DNA of 64,000 bases, taken from positions 15,699 through 79,698 of the forward strand of contig JAGXSG010000022.1 of the NCBI GenBank assembly GCA_018333995.1, written 5' to 3'. Every line of letters starts with the position of its first letter. Position 1 is the first letter of the stretch. The stretch is from Clostridiales bacterium (GTDB taxonomy: Bacteria > Actinomycetota > Coriobacteriia > Anaerosomatales > SLCP01). Positions 56,740 through 64,000 of the stretch are shown here, piece after piece. The position numbers and the translations under genes were made by a program. The notes below the pieces were generated by a model. The model made no database searches and had not been told where the DNA came from. It saw only the letters and a program-made list of their open reading frames with translations.

Positions 56740-57636
56740 ATGGCAACACCGCGGTTTGGCAGGATTATCACAGCGATGGTCACACCCTTCGATGAAGATC
56801 TCGAACTTGACCTCGATCGCGCGCAAGAACTCGCCGTGCGCCTTCTTGACGAGGGTAGCGACGCTCTTGTTGTGTGCGGAACGACAGGCGAATCACCGAC
56901 GGTCTTCTACGATCAGAAGATTGACCTGTTCAGGGCGGTGCTCGAGGCGGTAGGAGACCGCGCTCCGGTCATCGCCAACGCAGGCGACAACTGCACAGCT
57001 GACTCCGTGCGGTTCGCGCAAGATGTCGTCTCTCTCGGAGTCGATGCGATCATGGCGGTCGTTCCCTACTACAACAAGCCACCTCAAGAAGGGATGTACC
57101 GGCACTTCCAATCGATCGCGAACTCGGTTGATGTGCCTGTTGTCCTCTACAACATCCCTGGGCGGTGCGTCGTGAACATGACCGCCGAGACCACACTCCG
57201 GCTCGCTCACACGTGTGAGAACATAGTCGCGGTCAAGGAAGCGAGCGGGGACCTTGGGCAGTGTGCCGCGATCATATCTGGGGCGCCAGACGGATTCGAG
57301 GTTCTCGCCGGCGACGACGAGGTCACACTTCCCCTGATGGGTCTTGGCGGCACGGGCGTCATCTCGACCATCGGCAATATCGCTTCTGGCCGCATGAGAG
57401 AGATGGTGTACGCGCAGGCGAGCGGCGAGCATACCCGAGCGCTTCGCATCCACCTCGAACTACTGCCGCTCATGAAGACCCTATTTTTGACGGCAAACCC
57501 GATCATGGTAAAAAAGGCGCTCGAACTCATGGGCTTTCCCGTGGGATCCGTTCGCCTCCCGCTCGTTTTGCCAACAGATGAGCTCGTAGCCGAGTTGACT
57601 CGTGTGATGCGACACGTGGGCATGCTGCCCGCGTGA
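56740..57636 (+). CDS. dapA: 4-hydroxy-tetrahydrodipicolinate synthase
   Basis: AMVTPF, GTTGESPT, YNIPGR. VAVKEASGD contains the Schiff-base Lys. Confidence 0.94.
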   Translation: MATPRFGRIITAMVTPFDEDLELDLDRAQELAVRLLDEGSDALVVCGTTGESPTVFYDQKIDLFRAVLEAVGDRAPVIANAGDNCTADSVRFAQDVVSLGVDAIMAVVPYYNKPPQEGMYRHFQSIANSVDVPVVLYNIPGRCVVNMTAETTLRLAHTCENIVAVKEASGDLGQCAAIISGAPDGFEVLAGDDEVTLPLMGLGGTGVISTIGNIASGRMREMVYAQASGEHTRALRIHLELLPLMKTLFLTANPIMVKKALELMGFPVGSVRLPLVLPTDELVAELTRVMRHVGMLPA

Positions 57637-57740
57637 TGAAACGGAGATCGGACCTTGACGTCGGTGCTACCGCCGATGCCTCGACTGTGGCGGCACGCAC
57701 GGATGTGTAGCCGCCAGTAAGGAGTGCTGAAACCACCCAT

Positions 57741-59411
57741 ATGACATCGAAGAAACAGCGCCTCCGCGTGATCCCCCTTGGGGGTCTCGGCGAGATTGGC
57801 AAAAACATGACTGTGTTCGAGTACGGCAACGACATGGTCGTTGTCGACGCGGGCATTATGTTCCCGGACGACGACCACCCCGGGGTCGACCTGATCCTTC
57901 CCGACTACAGCTACGTACTCAAGCGCAAGGACAAGCTGCGTGGCATCATCATCACGCACGGCCATGAGGACCACACAGGCGCGTTGCCGTATCTCCTTAA
58001 GGACCTTGGCCATGCGGTACCGGTTCTCGGCACCAAACTGACGCTTGGTTTGATCGCGGTGAAGCTTGAAGAGCACAAGATCAAGAAGCCAAAACTTCGC
58101 GAGGTCAGGGCAGGCGGTCACGTCAGTCTAGGTGCGTTTGGCGTGGACTTCATGGCGGTCAACCACTCGATTCCCGACAGTGTCGCCCTGTTCATCCGCA
58201 CACCTGTCGGCAACGTCGTCCACACCGGAGACTTCAAGCTCGACCAGACCCCTATTGACGGCCGCCTGACGGACTACGCCGCTCTCGCCTCCGCAGGCAA
58301 GAAGGGCGTCATGCTTCTTATGAGCGACTCCACAAACGCTGAAACCCCCGGCTTCACGCGTTCCGAAGCCATTGTGGGGTCATCACTGCGCGAGATCTTC
58401 GCTGCCGCGGAACAACGCATCATCGTGGCGTCGTTCGCAAGTCATATTCACCGGCTTCAGCAGGTCTGTGACGCGGCGGTCGAGTGCGGGCGGAAGGTCG
58501 TGGTGACCGGACGCTCGATGATCAACAACACGCGTATCGCTCGCCAGCTTGGCTACCTCGATGTCGCCGAAGGAAACCTCGTAGACGCCTACGACATGGA
58601 CGATCTTCCTTCCGAGAAGGTCGTCGTGCTGTCAACGGGAAGCCAGGGTGAGCCGCTCTCAGCGCTGTCCCGGATGGCCATGTCAGAACACAAGACCGTG
58701 ACCATCGAAGCAGGCGACACTGTGGTGATCTCGGCGACGCCTGTACCCGGCAACGAAAAAGCCGTCTCTAAAGTGATCAACCGTCTCACTCACTCAGGCG
58801 CTCATGTCATGCACAAGGGTGTTGCTGACGTACACGTGTCGGGTCATGCCGCAGCTGAAGAGCTCAAGCTCATGTTGAACCTTACCTCGCCGACGTACTT
58901 CGTGCCGATTCATGGAGAATCCCGCCACCTTCACTCACACGCCGATCTTGCGTTCGCGGTTGGGGTGCCGGAGCGAAACATCTTCGTCCTCGACGCAGGT
59001 GAATGCCTCGAGCTCGACGGCGAAGGAGCGCGAATCGCCGAGAAGGTCGAGGCCGGCGTAGTCTACGTTGACGGGCTGTCCATCGGAAACGTAGGCCAGG
59101 TTCTCTTGAAGGACCGCCAGGCACTTGCGCAAGACGGCATCGCGACGATCGTGGTAGCCGTGGACGCAAAGACCGGCAGACAGGTACGAGAGCCCGAACT
59201 CGTGGTCCGCGGTGTGGCCGCTGGTGCGGAAGAGTCACAATTCCTCGAAGAAGCCCGCGCCCGCGTCGTAAAGACCATCGCAAGAAGCACCAAGGAGGGC
59301 CCCTGCGACATCACAGCGCTCAAGGCCTCAATTCGAGAGTCGCTCTCCCAATTCATCTGGGAACGTACGCGCTCACGTCCAATAATCATTCCAGTTATCG
59401 TGGAGGTTTAG
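57741..59411 (+). CDS. rnj: Ribonuclease J
   Basis: 556 aa. Metallo-beta-lactamase THGHEDHTGALP, beta-CASP region, HVSGHAAAEEL. Confidence 0.95.
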   Translation: MTSKKQRLRVIPLGGLGEIGKNMTVFEYGNDMVVVDAGIMFPDDDHPGVDLILPDYSYVLKRKDKLRGIIITHGHEDHTGALPYLLKDLGHAVPVLGTKLTLGLIAVKLEEHKIKKPKLREVRAGGHVSLGAFGVDFMAVNHSIPDSVALFIRTPVGNVVHTGDFKLDQTPIDGRLTDYAALASAGKKGVMLLMSDSTNAETPGFTRSEAIVGSSLREIFAAAEQRIIVASFASHIHRLQQVCDAAVECGRKVVVTGRSMINNTRIARQLGYLDVAEGNLVDAYDMDDLPSEKVVVLSTGSQGEPLSALSRMAMSEHKTVTIEAGDTVVISATPVPGNEKAVSKVINRLTHSGAHVMHKGVADVHVSGHAAAEELKLMLNLTSPTYFVPIHGESRHLHSHADLAFAVGVPERNIFVLDAGECLELDGEGARIAEKVEAGVVYVDGLSIGNVGQVLLKDRQALAQDGIATIVVAVDAKTGRQVREPELVVRGVAAGAEESQFLEEARARVVKTIARSTKEGPCDITALKASIRESLSQFIWERTRSRPIIIPVIVEV

Positions 59412-59414
59412 CCC

Positions 59415-60221
59415 GTGCGGGAGATTCTGATAGCGATACTCCTCGGCGTCATCCAGGGACTCGGCGAGTTCCTTCCCATATCCTCCTCCGGGCATCTTCG
59501 GCTCTTCCAAGACGCGTTTGGGTGGACTGACCAGTTTGGACTCGTCTTTGACACCTGGCTTCACGTCGCGACGCTCGGAGCCGTCGTCGTGTATTTCCGA
59601 GAGGACCTCGCCAACATGGCGACCGCGGCGTTCTCCCGCAACCCTGAGCGCGCCCGCGACAAGCGCCTCGCGTGGCTCGTAGTCGTCGCCACGATCCCCA
59701 CGGGGATGATTGGACTTCTCGGCGGTGACTTTTTCGAGAACGCCTCTCTGCTTTTCATCGGCTTCGCGTTCCTGGGTACGTCAGCACTCTTGATGGGCGC
59801 CGATCTCCTCTCGCGCAAGAGTCTCTACCCCGCCGAGGGCCTGGGGTGGGGGAAGGCGCTGCTTGTGGGTATTGCGCAGGGCATCGCCATCATGCCGGGC
59901 ATCTCGCGTTCAGGTGCGACCATGGCCGCGGGTCTTGCCCTGGGGCTCAATCGTGAGCAGGCCGCACGTTTCTCTTTCCTGCTCTCCGGACCGATCATAC
60001 TGCTAGCCGCAGGTAAGCAATCTGTTGACGCCATGCTGGGCGGCGAGACAGGCCCGGGGGTGGCTGCCACACTCTTCGGTTGTACCGCCGCGGCGATCAC
60101 CGGATATCTGGCTATCGCCGGCCTCATGGCCTACCTGCGTAAACACTCATTCAAGCCATTCGCGATCTATACGGCCCTGCTCGGCACGGGCGTGATAGTC
60201 TGGCAGTTGATGGCTAGCTGA
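59415..60221 (+). CDS. uppP: Undecaprenyl-diphosphate phosphatase (BacA/UppP)
   Basis: GLGEFLPISSSGHL, PGISRSGATM. Polytopic membrane protein. Confidence 0.93.
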   Translation: MREILIAILLGVIQGLGEFLPISSSGHLRLFQDAFGWTDQFGLVFDTWLHVATLGAVVVYFREDLANMATAAFSRNPERARDKRLAWLVVVATIPTGMIGLLGGDFFENASLLFIGFAFLGTSALLMGADLLSRKSLYPAEGLGWGKALLVGIAQGIAIMPGISRSGATMAAGLALGLNREQAARFSFLLSGPIILLAAGKQSVDAMLGGETGPGVAATLFGCTAAAITGYLAIAGLMAYLRKHSFKPFAIYTALLGTGVIVWQLMAS

Positions 60222-60243
60222 GACCGCGAGAGAACGCGTCAAG

Positions 60244-62511
60244 ATGACAAGGCGTGGCGACAAGACGACGTCCCGGCAAACTGGCACCCGGCGAACAAAG
60301 ACAACGGGGGCACGTTCTGTAGCGCGATCACCTGACTCCGCCCGAAACGCCGCACTAGGTCCTGAGGCACGGAGGGACATCTTTGGCATCGCCCTCATCG
60401 CGATCTCCATCGCCCTCGCGATCGCTCTACTCAACGAGTCCGCGGGACTCGTAGGCGGTGCCGCTGCCACCGCGATGAGGCAGGTTTTTGGCGCTGGCTC
60501 CTTCGTGGTGCCGGTGCTACTCCTCGTGTGGGGCCTGACCTTCTTCGTCCGTGCGTTTGCGATCAGCGAGCGTCGTGTTGGCGCCGGATTGTGCCTCGTC
60601 TTTCTCGCGCTGATCGGGATGTTCGCAATGGCTTCTCCCACTGAATCCCTCTTCGACTCTGAACTCGTCCATCTGCACGGCGGCTACGTTGGATCCGCTA
60701 TCGCCTGGACGCTCAGATCACTTCTCGGCAGCGAAATCGCCTACGTCACGCTCGGCGCAACCATGCTCATCGGTCTCGTCGTCGCGGGCATGTCCGTCTC
60801 TGGCATCGTTGAGTGGGCGACAAAGCGTTTTGGCGGCACGAGAAGTGGCGACGGTCCAGCTCCGCGTCAGAATCTGCCGCGAGAGCGGGCACCCAGGACC
60901 GTACCGCTCGGCGACACAGACGCGCTGTCCCGGCCCGCCGCCACACGAAGGAAAGAGCCGGGCACTCCAGATCTGGAGGCCCGGAAGGCGACGCAACCTA
61001 CGCCTCGCGCGCGCCCGCCTAAAGCCTTGGAAGGCTTTGAGGTCCCCCCGTCGTCTCTTCTCACCAGAACGCCTGAGTCAGCAAGCCGTTCCCGCGCCAG
61101 TGACAGGGAGTTGAGTTCGACCGCACGACTTATCGAAGACACCCTCGCGACGTTTGATATCCAAGCCCGGGTGGTAAGCTGGATTCCTGGTCCAACAGTC
61201 ACCATGTACGAGATTGAGCTTTCTCGCGGCATCAAGGTTAGCCGTATCACGCAACTCGCCGATGATCTGGCTCTCGCGCTTGCCGCGCAGACCGTGCGCA
61301 TCCTCGCACCCATTCCCGGAAAGTCACTCGTTGGCATCGAGGTTCCCAACGCCGAGCGCTCCACTGTGACCCTCGGCGACATTCTGTCCGCACCTTCAGC
61401 ACAAGGTGGCGGGCCCCTCACACTCGCGATCGGAAAAGACGTCGCGGGAGACAGCGTTCTGGCCGACCTCGCGACGATGCCGCACTTGTTGATCGCAGGG
61501 TCGACAGGCACGGGGAAGTCGGTGTGTATCAACGCCTTGCTCATGTCGATACTGATGCGGACGACACCTGCCGAGGTCCGGCTCATCCTCATAGATCCGA
61601 AGCGTATTGAGCTGTCCCTCTACAACGGAGTGCCCCATCTCTACGTACCGGTTGTCACAGAGCCCAAAGAAGCCGCCAGCGCACTGCACTGGGCGGTCGG
61701 AGAGATGGATGCCCGTCTCAAGCGGCTTCAGAAGGCGGGTGCTCGCAACATCGGCGCGTACAACGCGATGGTCCAGGACGGGACGGCGCCCGAAGGCGAA
61801 CGGGAGATGCCGTACCTCATGATCGTCATCGATGAACTCGCGGATCTGATGATGGTCGCCGCGAAGGAGATCGAAGACTCCATTTGCCGACTTGCCCAAC
61901 TCGCTCGCGCAGCCGGCATTCATCTCGTCGTCGCGACCCAGCGTCCCTCCACCGACATCATCACCGGCCTCATCAAGACAAACATCACGAACCGCATCGC
62001 CTTCGCAGTCTCGTCCGGAATCGACTCACGAGTCATTCTCGATCAGCCAGGTGCCGAGAAACTCATTGGCGAAGGCGATATGCTCTTTTCCACGCCTAAG
62101 CTTGACAAGCCCAAGCGCATCCAGGGCGCGTTCCTGACCGAGTCTGAGATCATCGCCGTAGTCGAGCACTTGAAGGGTCAAGCTGAACCCGAGTATCACG
62201 AAGAGATCCTCCACCTCAAAGTCACGCCGGGCGGCGGCGGTATGGGCCACGCCGATGATGACGATCCGCTTGTGTGGGAAGCCGCTGACATAGTCGTCAC
62301 GTCAGGTATCGGTTCCACCTCCCTGCTTCAACGCCGCCTCAAAGTCGGTTACGCTCGTGCAGGACGCATCATGGACATGCTCGAGTCCAAGGGCGTGGTC
62401 GGGCAACCCGACGGCTCGAAACCACGTGAGGTCCTGGTCGACGTCGAGGACCTCGAAGCCATCAAAGCGTTCGAGCGATCAGACCGGAGCGACGATCCGA
62501 AGGAGGTGTAG
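60244..62511 (+). CDS. ftsK: DNA translocase FtsK/SpoIIIE
   Basis: N-terminal TM segments, Pro/Arg-rich linker, motor GSTGTGKSVCINA and VIDELADLMM, C-terminal gamma winged helix (LLQRRLKVGYARAGRIMDMLE). Confidence 0.95.
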   Translation: MTRRGDKTTSRQTGTRRTKTTGARSVARSPDSARNAALGPEARRDIFGIALIAISIALAIALLNESAGLVGGAAATAMRQVFGAGSFVVPVLLLVWGLTFFVRAFAISERRVGAGLCLVFLALIGMFAMASPTESLFDSELVHLHGGYVGSAIAWTLRSLLGSEIAYVTLGATMLIGLVVAGMSVSGIVEWATKRFGGTRSGDGPAPRQNLPRERAPRTVPLGDTDALSRPAATRRKEPGTPDLEARKATQPTPRARPPKALEGFEVPPSSLLTRTPESASRSRASDRELSSTARLIEDTLATFDIQARVVSWIPGPTVTMYEIELSRGIKVSRITQLADDLALALAAQTVRILAPIPGKSLVGIEVPNAERSTVTLGDILSAPSAQGGGPLTLAIGKDVAGDSVLADLATMPHLLIAGSTGTGKSVCINALLMSILMRTTPAEVRLILIDPKRIELSLYNGVPHLYVPVVTEPKEAASALHWAVGEMDARLKRLQKAGARNIGAYNAMVQDGTAPEGEREMPYLMIVIDELADLMMVAAKEIEDSICRLAQLARAAGIHLVVATQRPSTDIITGLIKTNITNRIAFAVSSGIDSRVILDQPGAEKLIGEGDMLFSTPKLDKPKRIQGAFLTESEIIAVVEHLKGQAEPEYHEEILHLKVTPGGGGMGHADDDDPLVWEAADIVVTSGIGSTSLLQRRLKVGYARAGRIMDMLESKGVVGQPDGSKPREVLVDVEDLEAIKAFERSDRSDDPKEV

Positions 62512-62514
62512 GCG

Positions 62515-63318
62515 ATGGCCGAGACACTCGGGCGTACCCTCGGAGAGGCGCGCCGAAAGCTCGGCATGGCCTTGACCGACGCGGAGTCGAAGACCTTCAT
62601 CCGCGCCAAGCTCCTCGCCGCGCTGGAGGCAGGGGAGTACGAAGCCCTGCCCGACCCGGCGTACGTTCGCGGGTACATCCAAAACTACGCCAAGCTGCTC
62701 GGCCTCGACCCTAAACCACTCCTCGCGCTGTACGAGCGAGAGACGAGCTCTAGCACCCGCCAGCATCTTGTTCTACCCGAGCCGGTAGTTAGACCGCGCT
62801 CACACATCAACACCATTCCACCCAAAGTAGCCGTGTTGATCGCACTCATGGTTGGCCTCGTAGCACTCGCGGTGTGGGGTGTGACGCGGGCCGTGCTCGC
62901 CCCGGATCCTTCGCCGCCGCTACCCACCTCCACCGAGACAGCGCCGTCCGGAAACACGACCCCCTCCACGGAAGCCACCGTCCCTGCAGCGGCACCGGAA
63001 CTTCCTGGCACGGCTCCAGGGGGCGCTGACGACGCACCTCTAGACGAAACTAGCGAAGCGCCAGACTCGGCTGTAGCCGTTCCCTTCACTCTGCGCGTCA
63101 CCATCGCCCCCGACAACGCCTCGTGGATGCGGATCACTGTCGATGGCTTGATCGCCTACGAAGGAACTCTGATCGGTGAGGACTCACGTGATTGGGAGGT
63201 CACTGAAGAGGCGTCACTACGGATCGGACGCCCTTCGGCGGTGAGCGTCTACAAGAACGACACGAGTGTCGACATACCTTCGGGCGACCCGCCGGTGCTC
63301 GTGCTTTCCGCGAAGTGA
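62515..63318 (+). CDS. RodZ-like HTH membrane protein (HTH + TM + Pro/Thr linker + DUF4115-like C-domain)
   Basis: N-terminal HTH (LGRTLGEARRKLGMALTDAE, YVRGYIQNYAKLLGLD), one TM (VAVLIALMVGLVALAVWGV), low-complexity P/S/T/A linker, beta-rich C-terminus. Confidence 0.8.
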   Translation: MAETLGRTLGEARRKLGMALTDAESKTFIRAKLLAALEAGEYEALPDPAYVRGYIQNYAKLLGLDPKPLLALYERETSSSTRQHLVLPEPVVRPRSHINTIPPKVAVLIALMVGLVALAVWGVTRAVLAPDPSPPLPTSTETAPSGNTTPSTEATVPAAAPELPGTAPGGADDAPLDETSEAPDSAVAVPFTLRVTIAPDNASWMRITVDGLIAYEGTLIGEDSRDWEVTEEASLRIGRPSAVSVYKNDTSVDIPSGDPPVLVLSAK

Positions 63319-63382
63319 CCGGAGCCGTCCGCCACACTGCCTCGCACGCACCACAACAGTCAGTCAAGGGAATGGAGTATCC

Positions 63383-63880
63383 ATGGCTAAGGACCAGAGC
63401 TTCGACATCGTCTCGGAAGTCGACATGCAGGAGGTAGACAACGCCGTGCAACAGACGGCAAAAGAGATCGCCCAGCGCTACGACCTCAAAGGGTCTGGAG
63501 CGAGCATTGCGCTTGACAAATCTGCCGCTACAGTTACCGTTGCGGCCCCGGCTGATTTCGTCGCCCGGCAAGTCATCGACGTACTCAACACCAAGCTCGT
63601 TCGGCGAGGAATCGATCTCAAGGCGCTGGCATGGGGCGACGTTGCACCGGCATCCGGCGGGAGTGTCCGGATCACAGCCGCACTCGTCAATGGCATCGAA
63701 ACTGGGCTTGCTAAGAGGATCAGCAAGGATGTGCGCGACGCGAAGATCAAGGTGAAGGTACAGATCGAAGGTGACCGGCTGCGGGTCTTCTCGCCCAAGC
63801 GCGACGATCTTCAGGAAGTGATCGCATTTCTCAAGGAACAAGAGTACGGAATCCCGCTTCAGTACACCAACTACCGGTAG
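63383..63880 (+). CDS. yajQ: YajQ family (UPF0234) nucleotide / cyclic-di-GMP-binding protein
   Basis: MAKDQSFDIVSEVDMQEVDNAVQQTAKEI is the canonical YajQ N-terminus. The ORF-track start 63266 lies inside the upstream gene. Confidence 0.9.
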   Translation: MAKDQSFDIVSEVDMQEVDNAVQQTAKEIAQRYDLKGSGASIALDKSAATVTVAAPADFVARQVIDVLNTKLVRRGIDLKALAWGDVAPASGGSVRITAALVNGIETGLAKRISKDVRDAKIKVKVQIEGDRLRVFSPKRDDLQEVIAFLKEQEYGIPLQYTNYR

Positions 63881-63891
63881 GAAGAGCGCCT

Positions 63892-64000
63892 GTGGCGTCC
63901 GTCGCTTTCATAACACTCGGGTGTCCGAAAAACGAGGTAGACAGCGAGCGCATGCGCGCGCTCGTCGCGTCCTCCACTCACCGGCTCGTCGATGACATCA
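63892..64000 (+). CDS. rimO: Ribosomal protein S12 methylthiotransferase RimO (or a MiaB-family paralogue), N-terminal fragment running off the window
   Basis: GTG 63892, then VASVAFITLGCPKNEVDSERM. ITLGCPKNxVDSE is the UPF0004 N-terminal domain with the first cluster Cys. Only 36 codons are visible. Confidence 0.7.
   Translation, partial: MASVAFITLGCPKNEVDSERMRALVASSTHRLVDDI

Overview
GC-rich (by eye about 60-65% G+C, not computed) bacterial chromosome segment made almost entirely of core housekeeping genes. I call 67 CDS. 66 are on the + strand, tightly packed, with many 1-8 nt start/stop overlaps. Gene order: degV(3' part)-recG-rsmD-coaD-coiled-coil ORF-yceD(DUF177)-rpmF-plsX-fabH-fabK-fabD-fabG-acpP-second FabK/NMO-like gene-fabF-rnc-smc-ftsY-lepB-ffh-rpsP-KH protein-rimM-trmD-lepB2-rplS-rnhB-yraN-comM/yifB-dprA-trmFO-xerC-sigma-28 (FliA/WhiG type)-REC+zinc-ribbon protein-rpsB-tsf-pyrH-frr-uppS-cdsA-dxr-rseP-ispG-proS-(minus strand: small 2-TM zinc-ribbon protein)-dusB-rimP-nusA-ylxR-infB-rbfA-DHH/nrnA-truB-ribF-small acidic ORF-rpsO-pnp-M16 peptidase-dapB-aspartokinase-dapA-rnj-uppP-ftsK-rodZ-like-yajQ-rimO(5' part). 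I found no rRNA, tRNA, CRISPR array, transposase, phage or defence genes, and no intergenic gap longer than about 200 nt. The block is collinear with the Bacillus recG-to-ftsK region but has actinobacterial touches: no polC, a DHH gene after rbfA, TAnnnT -10 boxes and a possible leaderless gene. This suggests a deep-branching, probably anaerobic high-GC Gram-positive lineage, which is inference only. I do not see a convincing new multi-gene system. The most unusual items follow. (1) An orphan sigma-28 gene is followed by a CheY-like receiver fused to an uncharacterised CxxC-x23-CxxC domain, exactly where Bacillus carries its flagellar/chemotaxis operon. (2) A second FabK-family gene with a four-Cys motif sits inside the fab operon. 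(3) NusA has a C-terminal C-x9-C-x10-C-x2-H tail. (4) The single minus-strand gene encodes a membrane zinc-ribbon protein. (5) A 15-nt tandem repeat carries duplicated extended -10 boxes in front of rimP-nusA-infB. (6) A recurrent TRTGn-TAnnnT promoter signature marks likely operon heads. Many ORF-track starts were trimmed to internal starts that remove overlap with the upstream gene.
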